Below, piece after piece: positions 26,501 through 40,544 of a stretch of 64,000 nt of DNA (within the stretch, counting starts at the first letter, position 1; each line of letters opens with the position of its first letter). Made by a program: the position numbers and the translations under genes. This DNA comes from Diadema antillarum (lineage: Eukaryota), in contig NW_027270977.1 of NCBI RefSeq assembly GCF_040938485.1, positions 248,001 to 312,000 on the forward strand, in the 5' to 3' direction. The notes beneath the pieces were generated by a model that made no database searches, had not been told where the DNA came from, and was given only the letters and a program-made list of their open reading frames with translations.

Positions 26501-29500
26501 CTCAGAAAATTTTGAGATAAACGCACCTCATGTGGCATATTGAAAAGTTATGTGAATTTTCTGCAGCAGTAGATTTGTGAGTGACTATGGTCTTGCCTTT
26601 CTCTGCTGACTTCCTTCCAGGGTGACTACCGAACCCGCTTCACACTCGCTCCTCAAAGTCCACGCAGAGGAAGGACAACAATATGCAAAGGTGAGAGAGA
26701 CCTTACTTCATCTTTGTCACAGACATGATTGTTGGTACAGTGAAAATGGTGCGATAGCATTGAGTGCCGTTCCGCATTCATGAAAAGATAGCTACGTATG
26801 TCCGCAGATCATTTTTTTTGCATTTGTGCACATTCACATTTACTACCTATTTCTATGACCTACTGTCGGTGCATTTCCGTATGTCAGGGAGGGTACATTT
26901 TTTTCCAGCATTGGTGCATGTCAATGATAGCGAACTTGATGCAAAAGGTTAGTCAGAGGATTTGCACTTTTTTTTTCTTTCAGATAAGGTTGGACATGGT
27001 CAAAACAATTATCTAAAACAGCTGTATCAAGGGACTTTTTTTTTTGCTTGTTGAAAGAACAACAACAACAATAATATTTCATAGTTGTTCCGATACATTT
27101 TTTGGCAAAGGGCTTGGCTGATGATTTCTTTTATTTGCCCTTGTACCACAGCACAGTGGGCCAGAATTAGTGCCCAAGCCATCAAAATTAAACAGCACCC
27201 TCTCCAGAGGACTGTTTACAGTTTCAAGGAGTTGCCTGCTGCTGATACGCTGGATCGTGTCATGAACATGGGGCTCATATTGTGTCACAGTGATATGTTC
27301 ATCAAATTGTGGTGCAAGTTTGTTGTTATACAGAGCATGTTTTACTGATTAGATTTCGAAAGAAAGACAAACAGTAAGTCGCAAAGTTGAATGCTGTCCT
27401 TCTACAGTGTCATCCTTGTCCAATCATTCAAGAAGTACTTGACAAAATATCAAGTAGCGCAGATGTGATGTAAAAGAGCAAAGTACTCGATGAAATTAGG
27501 GCATGGTCTAGCTATGAAGGTAAAGATGAAAAAAGAACACAACCCAAACTTGGTGCACTTGGTAGATTCCTCGTGTAACTTTATAGTGTGCACATATTTC
27601 AGATTTTATTGACATTATTTCAGATATAAATGTTGACATTATTTCAGTGATAATGATAAGAAGTGGTCAAAGGGCTCCTTCATGGGATTTGTTTATTATG
27701 GGTCCGGCATGACTTGGCGATTTGATGACATTGGACTTTGGGGCAAATTGTGCTGGAAAGGAATGAAAAATTTTCTTTCTCTTTCGCCATCATGCAATAA
27801 TTCCATAACTGTATCATATGACCAGGCTGCTGACAAGATCATACTTCCCCAACAAAAAAAAAGTATAAATAAAGAGTTGTTGTTTGATTATTTGTAAAGA
27901 CATGTATGTACAGTAGGTACTCTTCATCATAGATAGAGGTTTTCTAAAATAAAACATAATGATGCCTAAGTTGAATGAACACATTAACATGGTATGCTTA
28001 CAAGTGCAAAAGGTTAGCACACTGGATACTACACCTACCCTGTATATCCTAGTATTACAGTAATGATCTACAGTATGTGACATGAATATAATTTTTAACC
28101 CAAAAGTCCATACATGTACGTAGGAAATCCCCCCCCCCCCCCCAAAAAAAAAAAAAAAAGTTTAATGTGCTCCATATTTTGTGGAATGGTATATTTATTT
28201 CAGTGCTGCTGTACAGATTCATGTAGCAAAATATTTCATATGTAATAACATTTTGCTATTCAAGCTACATGTAACATAAGAGTGGTACTTTTCAAGTCTG
28301 TTTTTTGTATGAAATCATTTGATTTAATGTTTTTCCATGCTTTACATACACAACTGTGAAGTAATTTTCAGCAGCTTTTTTTTGCTACACTTAATTTTGC
28401 TTTTGTTAATGTGTGTACAGGAATAGGGGAGACAGATTCTGTATTATGTGAGATCTACAAGTCCTGAGAATATTCGGGCACATGTCTATGTGAAATGCGT
28501 GTTATAGCAAAATCAGTCTGTCCTCAACGGGTTAAAACAAATTTTAACATGTTATGTCTTTCTCTTTCTTTTTTCCCATTGTCCCGACCCACCCACCCAC
28601 CCACCAATCCAACAAAGAGTTTCTATGGAGCTGAACTGGTGTCGTGGCTTCTGAAGTCGGGGTTCTGTCCAAGTAGGGAGAAGGCCCTCGGACTGGGCAA
28701 GGATCTTCTCGAGGCGGACATCATTAGACATGGTAGGAAACTTTGTATCCTCACCCTTTACAAAACAAGCTTTATTGTATTCATATCCCTCCCCCCCTCA
28801 AAAAAAAAAAAAAAGAAAAAAGAAAAGGGAAGAGGAAGCAGAAGAAGAGATGTGGTTATTTGCTGTTTATTTCACCAGTTTACAAGTACTAAATGCATTT
28901 CTTTACATCAAAGTTACAACTGCCTTGCAGTCAAATGGGTTTTAGTTGAGGCCCACTGATAGCAGGTGGGCGGTGCGATGTGTGAAGTCAAAGGTCAAAG
29001 GTCACTGAAAGTCAGCTGAAGTGTCATCTCCCACCTACGGCAATGTATTACTTCTGCGTCCAGTGTTAATATAATTTTTGTATTATGGATAAAGATAAAT
29101 TGAGGCATGTTTTTTTTTTGGGGGGGGGGGGGGAGGAGGTGAAGGGTGGGAGAGGCATAAGGAGAGGGTTAAAGGTCAAATTTAATGATCATTGAACTTT
29201 ATGAAAATGTGATGAAAGGGTGATAATGACAACATGGCAACCCTACCATCCTGGAGATTTTTTCTTTCTCTTTTTCTTTTTTAGTTGCAGAATATGTTAA
29301 AAAGTATCCCTCCCCCGTTACAATTATTTCATTACTTTTTCTTTTATATATTGTGAATTTCAATCCTCTTCACAAGATTAGTGAACCAGAGGTACCCTTC
29401 CAAAACTGATGTGAAAATCTGTCTTTGATAAATTATGCATACTGGTATATATGTGCAGACTGAACCAGCTATTTACATCTGTACATGTAGCTCTGTACAA

Positions 29501-31128
29501 TGTACATCTACTGAAGTCGGACAGTACATGTATGATGAGTAGAACCCATGTATTCAACTTCCTTCTGTACGCTCAGTAAGACAGTCATTCAATTAGGACA
29601 AAGGTCTTCATCCACCTCTCCCGCTTTGTCCAAATCCAGCTGTCCCGATCTTTGCAGTCAGTCGGCAAACGCACAGCAACACTGCCACATTTTCTTCTTT
29701 TTGTTTTCTTTTTTTTGAGCAAACATAAGCCCACCAGCCAGTGCACATGTCCAACTACTACTGTACCTTCACACAAAACACACACCACCTCGTAAGAACA
29801 CACACAAAATAAAATGTGCTATGCTTAGCACTATTTCTCCAGTGTACACAAAAGGGGGTGCAGTGTACACACAAATAGAACAGCATGGCATGCCCAGTAG
29901 AGCCACACACTGTACAGCTAAAGGGAGGTGTCTCACTTCCCTGAATGCTGCTATGCAAAGATGGCATAATGGCCAACTCAAACCAAACCTAATGCAAATA
30001 CATTTACACCTGCACTGGGACTGCACATACTTGCAATGTGCTGTACTTCCTACGTAATCTTCCACATACTCTAAATCCACATGACATGTACAGTACACTG
30101 TGTGTAAATGTACAGCAAATGTGTGTCTAAAATGTATTCAACACTCTTTGCATGTTGCCATGAGTATTGGTTTCAAAGCATGAGGCACCTGCTATGATGT
30201 TGTGCACACTTTGTACATCATACAAAGCAAGAGGGGGAACCTGGAAAAATACCTGTACATCGACATACTCAATTTTTGTAGTTACTCTACTAACAAAAAT
30301 GAAGAAAAAGAAATGGACAGCGGTATTGATATGTAAAAACTGACCACGATGCCTCTGCCGGCTACGGCTACTGTTTGAAGAAATTACGGCCTCCTAAAAC
30401 TGACTCAGATTGGACAATCAAAGAGTAAAACCTTTTATGACATGCAGTGTATGAATTATGCTTGAGTTGCTGATTTGTACTCAATAGGCGTTTTCACATC
30501 AGCCCGATGTTTCGAAATAGCACGCTATTTTCTGACTTGGGAAATTTTCCCGAAAGCGAAATAGCGCGCTATTTGATAATGTGAACACAAATTAGCGCGC
30601 TAATTGTATCGCTCTGATCAAGAAAATTTCTCGACTCCAACTCGGGAAATTTCTGAAATAGCGGGATAGTATCGCGCTATTTGATAATGTGAAAACAACA
30701 CAAGAAATTAGCGCGATGAATCCCATCATGCTTAGCGTGTGTGACCCGATCGATCGAGGCAAACTGCACACAAATCATGAGGAATTTTTGAGAGGGCACA
30801 CACATTACTGATGCTGTTTACACATACTCAGCTGTTGAATTAGCTATTTTAAAATTGTTAACTATTCGGGCTACCCCCTCTTCGGGCTGATGTGAATAAG
30901 AAATGAAATAGCGCTCTAATTCGCAATCGCGGAAAATATTTTGAGCTTGGATTTTTATCGGGCTGATGTGAAAAGGCCTAATGTGACTGGGAGCCTGAAT
31001 GGCATGGTAATTTTGCTAGTTTCATACTCTTGGAAGATCACCCAGAAGGGTATAGAAAGGACGTCGACAAAGCTATTTTTTTTTTTACTTTTGCCTTCCT
31101 ACCTTCTCAGCATGTGACTCTCTCTCTC

Positions 31129-31162
<34 letters not shown>

Positions 31163-34100
31163 CAGTCACCATGGATCATCACTTCAAGGACGAGCGGATG
31201 CTCTACCAGTTCAACCCCATCATGGGGGACCTGGGGGTCGGCGACCTCTTGACCCTTGACCAGGAGGCGGGGTGCAGTTCATCAGGCGAGGCCTCAATGC
31301 TGTCTCTGGCGGTACCCAAAGACGTGACCCGGAAGCACTCGAGCTCTTCCTCTTCAGGTGAATTCTTTTTGTTTCTTTTACCTCTGCCAAGGGGGGAGGT
31401 TATGTTTTCATTACCGTTGGTTTGTTTATTTGTTGGTAGTGGGCACGCCGTCTCCCGACCAGGTCGGGCAGTGCGCCGTCATGTGTCTGCTGTTTACTGC
31501 GTTAATGCGGACCTAGTTGGCTTCACGCCATGTCCCAGGACGGGCCAGGTAGTGCACCATCCTGTGTCTGTTGGTTGCTGTCCCGGCAGTTTAAAAAATA
31601 TCTGACATGGCACCCACAGCAATCATGGCCTTTCATGTTTGCTCATCACATCCCCCCACATTGTCTTATATTCATCCCGTTTTGTCCAAGTTAGCCTGGA
31701 AACAGGACTGCCGTAGCCGCCGGGAATATTGTGTAAACGCAGCGTCAATAAACAAACTATCAAAAATTTCCCCTCCCCTTCAGCCATATGTAGCCCCCTT
31801 TTAGATTTTTTTGTACAGCATTATATCCAAGAAGTGCTGTTCATTTACCTACCGGGGTTAAATTACACTACATTTGCATATATCTGAACAGAAAGTGAAT
31901 CTTTTCACTACATGTTGTATGTTTGATTGATGTACTGGAAATATGTTCCTGTCACAAAATCAACTTGAAAAGAATTATACCAAGGGTTTATTTTTATTAA
32001 AGACTAATTTTTGATCACTCAATATTCCTCTTTTTAATTCACATCATCAGACTCGTCGGCAGACAAGAGCTCTCTCAGTGGCTCCAAGCCAGACATCAGT
32101 ACTCCAGACCAGAACCAAAACAGAGTGGTGGAGGAGCGGCTGCGGAGGGTGTCCTCCGACCTGGAGAGCCCGGACACGCCCACCTCCAGGGCCTTCCTGC
32201 CCGGGTGTGGGCAGGGTTCGTTTTCGGCAGATGAGCTGAGGCAGCCTGACAGCCCTTTTCTGAAGCAGGACATTAAGGTTATTACCCCTTCCCCTGTTAC
32301 ACCTCCTCCATTTTGTCTATTCAAAATAATGGTTCTTGCGTTAAGTTGTTTCTATTGCTATTGGTTGACAAATTTGAATGGCCATTTGTCAATCAGTCAA
32401 TCCATCAATCAAATTAACCTGTTCCTTCCGCAATTCTCTGAGTGCCTTTAATGCCCCCAAACGAGATTCTTTTCGCCCGTCGACAGAGAGGCACATAGGT
32501 TGGTAATCCAGCTGTGTGAAGGCAGTCAAGCGGTTCATTGTGTCCCCATTTCTACGGTCAACTACATGTGCCCGTGAACAATGGAAATATCGATCGGGTG
32601 CGAGGTATGAATAGAGCGTGCGCTGATGAGCTCTCAGAATCTTTTGTTCTACACAAAACAAGGTACTTGAATGAGTGACTGGGGTCAGCGAATCCGCATT
32701 TCTAACTGATTTCAGCCTTGATCATTATGTACATGTTCGTACGAGTTTACAGCAGAACAAGCAAAAAACTAAATCAGGAAAAGGTACATAATACTGTAAA
32801 ACCCCCTTTTTTTAAACAGCAGGAGAACAAATCCTGATAGAATAAACTCTGATCTTTTTATCAAACCCACTTTTTTGAGCATTTTAACACAAAGAAACAT
32901 GAATTTAGGCCACTGAAGCAGGCACCCTTGTCTTCATTAAACCAGGTTCCCGTATATCAGTTGCTCCCACGGGAACCTGGTAAACCAGGTTCCCGTAAGG
33001 AACGGGTTAAAACAGCTTGACGGAAAAATCATTCATTGGAATTAATGTGCAGTATCCACTGCTATAAGGCGTCAGAAGCATCACTGGCTATGGGCAAAAG
33101 TTCAATAGTCTAGTGGACATGATGCCTGTCTAGCAATCAGGAGTTCATTGGTATGAGTCCGACCCTTGTATGTATTACCATTGGATTTTTATCATGGCTA
33201 AAACTGAAACACTGAATAGTGATTTGTATTTATGCGATTAAGAGCAATGTGTCAATCAGTTTGAATTCCAAATTTTCTGTTTTGCAGTTCGTACATGTCT
33301 TTTTTTGACCTTAACTCATACTCTCTGCCATCATTAAAGTAGACATTCAAAGAGATCAATAAATTCTGCAATTTAGGAATCATTAGAAAGCTCCGAAGAC
33401 ATAGAAGGCAATGGAATTTTGTTACCTCGCTTTCGCGTTGCTAGAAAGAAGTAAACGCTCACGAAAAACTGCGGTTTTCTGGAGCCTGATAAGGGCCAAT
33501 TCGTCAGGAAAGATACCCGTTTCGCCTGACGTCATGCACTGGATTTGCGGACTCTGCCCGGTGAATGTGTGTACAATGTTAACGGAGGTACAACCTGATT
33601 CCTTTGCATTTTATTTCCTTATGTAAAAGTCGAATTGAATGAAATATAACTTTTCATGGTTTAATAGTAACGAAGAAACATTTCTCTCTCGATTTTTTTG
33701 TAATTCTTACAGATATTTTCGTCAATATTCAGGAATTCAAGCTACTTAGGTAATCTTATTTTTCTTATGTTTGTAATGTTACCGCGTTCAAGTTTCGCTG
33801 GTCATATAAAGCGTTTAATTGGAAATCATGAGGATGTCCGTGACAGGATTGATAATCTAAGACATGGTGATGTTGACAATAACAAGCAGACTTACGAAAA
33901 ATGGCGAAATATCAAAATAGGAGAGATTTTAAAACGAGGATCGAGACAACTTGTGCAGCCCAGTCTCGTAGCTCGCGATCGCTCGCATGCAATTACATGT
34001 ATGTACTTGTATTAATCCGCGGTGAAGTGGCTCTGCTGCTCCGATCCGTATTGGTAGCCGCTCGCCGCACCACCATCCTCACTGCCTGCGTGCCTGGCCT

Positions 34101-35248
34101 GTTATACATGATTAGCCAAGTCACGGAAGTACTTTCATTGGCGTAGGAATTTAGACGTGAACAACTCGTACTTGCCATGCTTTGCATGTATAGCCACATG
34201 TGTTTGTTTACGTTTGTGCCCGATAGGGTCTAACCAGGGAGGTGGGAAGAGAAGGAGTGGTGGAATCTTCGACATCGACAAGGTTCGGTGTTTTCGCAAG
34301 TAATTACATCACTGCTTCACCAGTGTGCACTCGCTCATAAAACTTCCGTAAATGACATCTGCTAAGATAGCTATCACGCCATTGCGCCTGCCTAGTTGCT
34401 GACCTCAAACCGGTCAGACCAAGGAGGTACAATGAATGACTAGGCTAGCTTTCAACGCTGTGACTATGGTAAGGTCTAATAGCAGGGCGGACATAAGCAC
34501 TTCCCGATTGCTCGGGCAAGTGAAAATCAAAGTCGTACAAGTGTTCTGAACATGGAGAAAAATGCTTGCCCGAATCGGGCAGACAAATAATTTTGAAGCC
34601 ACCTTCTATCTCCACATTTTCCCTTCAACAAACCCATGAAATCATGCACACGCAAGCCCAAAACTAACAACTGTTTATCGATGTCACGATTTCAACAACT
34701 GTCGAACACTGACTTACTTGAAGAAGCCCGGGTATTGCATTGCGATGCCACATCAATGCTCATCGATATCGAACAAAGTTCGTTTTTATTCCAATACGAT
34801 GTATTAGCCTATTTTGGAAGTAAAAAATAGCGGTAGCAGAAAAACTGTGCCATTTTCTGCTCGCCGTTAGCTACCTACAGGTGAGTCGGGTAGTCACTGG
34901 TTGTGCGTGCTCCATGTGGATACCGAGCACAGTGCGTGATTCAAGATAAAAATAACACAAATCAATAACGCGCGGTCAAAAGTGAACACCAAGTTTACCA
35001 AGAAACAATAAAAATTCCACGATGGCAGGGTGCGTGACTTGGGGATGGGGGGGGGGGGTAGAGGATCGAGAGAGACCATTCTTGATAAAAAAAGAAACCG
35101 CGCGTACTGGCGCATTCTTGGCGGTCATGAACAGTCTGGGGCCTGGAGGAATGAACAGGGAAAATGTTTGACAAGTCGAAGACTTAGCCAGGATTGTAAA
35201 CGAAATGATTCTTTATTTCTCTCATTTAATTTGCCTAAAATAGGGCTA

Positions 35249-35291
<43 letters not shown>

Positions 35292-38200
35292 ATTTCCTTT
35301 TCTAATTCTTGTAAGAATTATTTGTACTTACCGATATAGAAAAATAAAATAAACAGTGTTAAACTTGAAATGCCTTATTTTCCTGCTTTAAAATACTTCT
35401 CCATTTTGCACATTATTTCTATTCTGAGTTATGATAAAAAAAGAGAGAACATGTTGCTGATTGTTACTCTAAAAGTTGTTTATTCCGAAGGTTCGCTAAC
35501 CTAAAACTTAAGAAATAAGAAATTTAATCTGGGAACAAATTCAATTCGTTTTCAGATTAACAAGCCTTTTCCCCATTTTCACATTAACCAAACTTCAGAA
35601 TAATGCTACAAATGTTTGGATTAACAAACCCTCTTATATTTTCGAAAGAAAAACATTGGCACAGGGATATTGCGTGTTTCAGATTTTGAATAACGAATTA
35701 TCATAGAATACGTACAAATGTATCTCATGTCTTCTTCTTTTTTCATTATTTTAGGAATAATGAATACCGGACAAACAGTTAAAAAAATTAAAGATGTCAA
35801 ACTAGGACATAAACTTATGAGAGAGAGAGAGGAAAAAAGAAAAGTTACTTGTCGTTACTGTATAAAAGATCGTCAGTCCCAAGGGTTCAATTATCCAAAA
35901 ACTGAAAAAAAGGGTTTGTAAATCAAAAAGGGAAAAAGATGAAAATTAAGTTTCGTTATTTCGAAGTCCTGTTCGCTCAAAAACGTTCCATATTCTTAAA
36001 TGTTCGTTTATCCCAAAACGAAATGCGTAATTCAATTTCAGATAAATGAACTTTTCGAACCACAAATCAAGTTAAACAAACCATAATTAAATTTGTCAGA
36101 TAAACAAACATCCGCACATGCAATATGCGTGTTTCGAAATAACTACCCATCGGGATAGTGAATCTTATTCTTTTTCGGAATAACGAGCACCACGCAAGGA
36201 GATACGTGATGCCAAACTAAAATTCAAACCTATTTTTTTTTTTTTTTTTTACCACCCGTCTGTACACATTTTCTGAACATTTCCTAATGCCCGACTAAAA
36301 AAATAATATTTGCACGTTACTGTGCAAGTTCGTTTATCCGAAAATGAAACAAGCTAGCTCGAGAGTCGATACTCTGAAGGTTTGTTAATTCGACAATGAA
36401 AAAAGAAAAATAGATGTTAATCTGAACGTAAGATTAGCTTTGATTTTCTCATGGTTCGTTAATAATAATAATGATAATAATAAAGAGGTTTTGAAATTGC
36501 TTTTTTAGATTCATGTCCGGATAAACGCAGCTAGGCACAAACATTCTTGCATGGTTTTTGTTTTTGTTTTTGTTTTTTTTTTTTGGGGGGGGGACGAATC
36601 ATATTTCATTTTTACACTTGCGATCTCATTAGGCAGGGCTCGACACTAACTGTGGCCCGGTGGCCCGGGGCCACCAAAAAACGCATGTCGGGCCGACAAT
36701 ATTTCAGAAATGAAGATTTTGGTCTTTACTGTTGGAAATGAACAGCGGTAACAATCGGCTCCGTAAGATGCTAAAATAATTGGAAATTAATAACGGTATA
36801 AGATTCAGCCCCATACGGTGCTAAAATTAATGTCAGATATTTGATTTTGCGTTCGGAAATGAATAAGGATAATATTCGGCTCAGGAAGATGCTAAAGTAA
36901 ATGTTGAATGATCCCTTGTAACGTTCGGAAATGAATAACAATAATATTCAACTCCGTACGATGATAAGGTAAATGTTGGATGTTTGTCTTTACTTTCGAA
37001 AGTAAATAGCAATAACATTCGGCTCCGGAAGATGCTAAAATAAATGTCAGATTATTGCTTTCACGTTCGGAAGTGAATAGCAGGAATATTCTGCTCCATA
37101 CGATGCTGAAATAACTGTCGGATGTTTGCTTTAAGATTTCGAAATGAATAACAGTAATATTTAGCTGCGTTCGATGGTAAAATAGTTTAAAATGTTCGAT
37201 GTTTGCTTTGACGTTTGGAAATGAATAACAATAGTATTCAATTCCGTACGATGATAAAATAAATGCCGGAATTTTGCTTTTGCATTCGAAAGTAAATAGC
37301 AATAACATTCAACTCCGGAAGATGCTAAAATAAATGTCGAATGATCCCTTTGACGTTCGAGAATGAATAACAATAATTTTCAACTCCATACGATGATTAA
37401 ATAAATGTCGGATGTATGCTTTAACTTTCGAAAGTAAATAGGAATAACATTCGGCTCCAGAAGATGCCAAAATAAATGTCGGATATTTGCTATAACATTT
37501 CGAAATGAATAACAGTAACATTCAGCTGCGTTTGATGGTAAAGTAAATGTCTGGTGTCTGCCTTGACGTAAAAAAAAAAAGAGAAAAACAGTATAATACT
37601 CGGCTCCGTACGGTTTAGAGTCTCGACGATCGGTATGTACGATGAATGACGGCGGCGGTCTAGACAAAAAAATGTGGAAAAAGAAGGGATCATTTGTACT
37701 TCCTCACGGCTCATTCTTCCACCCTGTCAGTAGCAATTCGCTTCGTAGAACAGTATACAAAATGCCAGGGAGGTGAGAGGACCTCCCTGGAAATACACAG
37801 ATTACGTTTGGCGAACATTACTCGTACGGTATTGAGTTTATGTTCATCCATTATCGTTACAAACAAAAACATGCATAGAGAGCGAGTGATCAGGGAGTCT
37901 TGCGTAGAACGTCGAGGGGGCATGGAGCCGGCGCACATGTTCGAAGTACGGACAATAGTATAAACCTATGTTCCCATACACACACTTGTTTACGCACAGC
38001 TCCCACTAGACCGAGGAACAAATCACAGCACGAACACTAATATATTCACACACACGCAAACACACACAACGCAGTGCGAACCACACACCAGCACAGTGCA
38101 TGAACGGCTGAGACCAGCTGAGAGCGAGACGTACCATCCAGCTTGCTGTGACCGGATCTACTTTTTGAAGGCACGGAACCGACATGCGGACAAAAACGTC

Positions 38201-40508
38201 TGAAAGAAATCTCTTTTATGCGCCGCTAGCATTCACAAATTTCATACTTTATGAGGATGAAATGTAAGGAAAAACTCTGAACTACAAGGAGACATGCAAG
38301 AAAACTGCTAATAAACTAAATAATTGGACTTGCTAGGCTCCTAAACACAACACTGAAAACAATTCACGGTAGCAGTCTATGGAGCGAACGTGTATTTTCA
38401 GAGTACGAATCCAGTGCGTGACGTCATCTGGAAGGGGTATCGGCAGACCGTTCATCGGGGCATTTCGGGTTCACTTTTTCGCCCGATTTCAATAATTAAT
38501 AAAAAATAGTTGGGATTGTTCTTTTCTCTCGATATTTTGTGTACACCTAGGACAGATGTTCAAATTCAATATTTTCTTATCAAATTTGTGTTTCATGCTC
38601 TTTGAATTTCTACTTGAAAAACCATGACCCCATATTTCATCAACTGCACATCCTTACCTATCATCAGGAGTATCTGTATTCATATTCTGGGTCTGATTTC
38701 GCCACATTTTACTATCAACCGATATAGTCACTGGTGCGTATCTATCCATTTTTGCGCCTCCGTCCCGAAGGATGGTGGCTTAATCATGTTTCAGGTCTGT
38801 CCAGCGGGATAGTGGTGTCAAGATTTCATGAAAGTCTGATACTCCTTTCAAAAATCTGATTTTTAGCTCACCTGAGCCAAATGTTCAAGTGGAGGGGGGG
38901 GGGGGAGGAGGAGAGTTGCAACTCATTTTCCTCATCTTCTTGAAAACACATGGTCAAATTTGTCACCAAACCCAGTTCATTATTACAAGGGTGACATTTT
39001 ATGTACTTATAACAAGGTCCACAGAACCCCCTATTTCAAAAAAGAAAAAATATCATTTCTAACTGAAAATACTCTACTCTTGAGTAAATACACGTACATT
39101 AGTGAATGCACTTTCAAGGTTATTTATAGTAGATTCAGGGGTTGGGCAGGGACCGAATTGGGTGGGGGGGGGGGCAATTTTTACATTAATTTTTCTTTTT
39201 CTTGAACTGCATAGTTAGATTTTGTATATAGAGTGTACTTGGCAGGTATTTTTATCAGTGTGATGGAATATGCTAGTGGACACCATGTCCCCATAGAGGC
39301 CCTCAAAGCTCTGTTTGTTTTTTATGTCAAGAAGTTGGCATCTCTGATTATGTCATCACTTGATGAGAAAGCCAAGGGGCAAATCGTCATTCTCCTTTTA
39401 AAATGCTTGTCCTAAACCGTTCATACTCCCTCATGCAGATAAACGGAGACTCTGTAGGCTTTGGCCTGGTAATACGAGGCAGCGGCCCAACTTATGTCCA
39501 GACTGTTGACCCCAAGGGACCAGCAGCAGCCGCTGGACTAAGGGTAAATACATTGCCATTGACTTCTCAAAAAAAGAAAAAGAGAAAAGTCCTTCCAAAC
39601 CAAGATTCTGGCAGCGACATCATCTGTAAATCATTGCTGAAGTATTAATATGATTAAAGGGTGTGTACAGTTCTGGTCGAGGTGAAGATTTAGCTTTTAA
39701 CGTTAGGTGAGATATTCAGAAAACACTCTATGAGATGTTAAAGAGCATGCAGTTCTAAGGGGCATCAAAAGTTTATTCGATGAAAATCGGTTTTGAAATG
39801 GCTGAGATATCCAAAAGCAATGTGAAACAAAGAGATCCTAATAAAGTTGTGTTATGTCGCCTTTTATTATTAGCACTTTTTTGGATATCTCAGCCATTTG
39901 AAAACCAATTTTCATCAAATAAACGTTGAATCCTTCTTAAAATTACATGCTCTTTCATATTTCATAACAGGCTTTTCATTATCTCACTTAGGAATGTTCA
40001 AAACATGAATCCCTACCTCAACCAGTACTGTACAGTCCCTTTAACAAAAGACATGAGAATACACCTTTTTCTAGGCCAAGTATAACTTGCATGCTTCCAT
40101 GCAGTGTCTGTTGTTGATCAGGTTAATACTTTCAATGATTTACATGTGATGTCACTGGCAGACTCTTGGTGCAGAAAGTTTTTTGATAATAAGAAAGTTT
40201 TTTGTGGGTATATCCAAGTAATCTGAAGGAAAAAAAAAGTGGAAAAAAATTATTACAAAACATATGGCACATATTTAGACATTCTTTTGGCTACATAAGG
40301 GATTTTGAGGGTATCATGAATCAGCACAAGCCAAAATGTATAGCATTTCCATTGTTCCTTTAACATGCATTTGCATTGCATAGTTCCTTTAATTCACTGA
40401 AAATTTTTCCTCATTCTCACTAAGTCAAAAAATTTCTTTTCAGTAGACATTCATTATTTTGCTGTCAATCATTTGTTTATTACTACAGAACAATTCTTTT
40501 GTTTCTAC

Positions 40509-40544
<36 letters not shown>

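Noticed and set aside
34636-34830. 64 aa ORF in the intronic CpG island as a nested micro-gene
   Set aside because: No recognisable domain, it ends before the nearby donor, and its length is within chance expectation
36730-37610. Regularly spaced array as a possible CRISPR
   Set aside because: Whole 71 bp units are homologous with no unique spacers, there are no cas genes, and the context is a eukaryotic intron
36892-37714. ORFs of 70-138 aa with repeated ILASSGAECY-like peptides
   Set aside because: Translations of the 71 bp minisatellite; the period is not a multiple of 3, so frames shift between units
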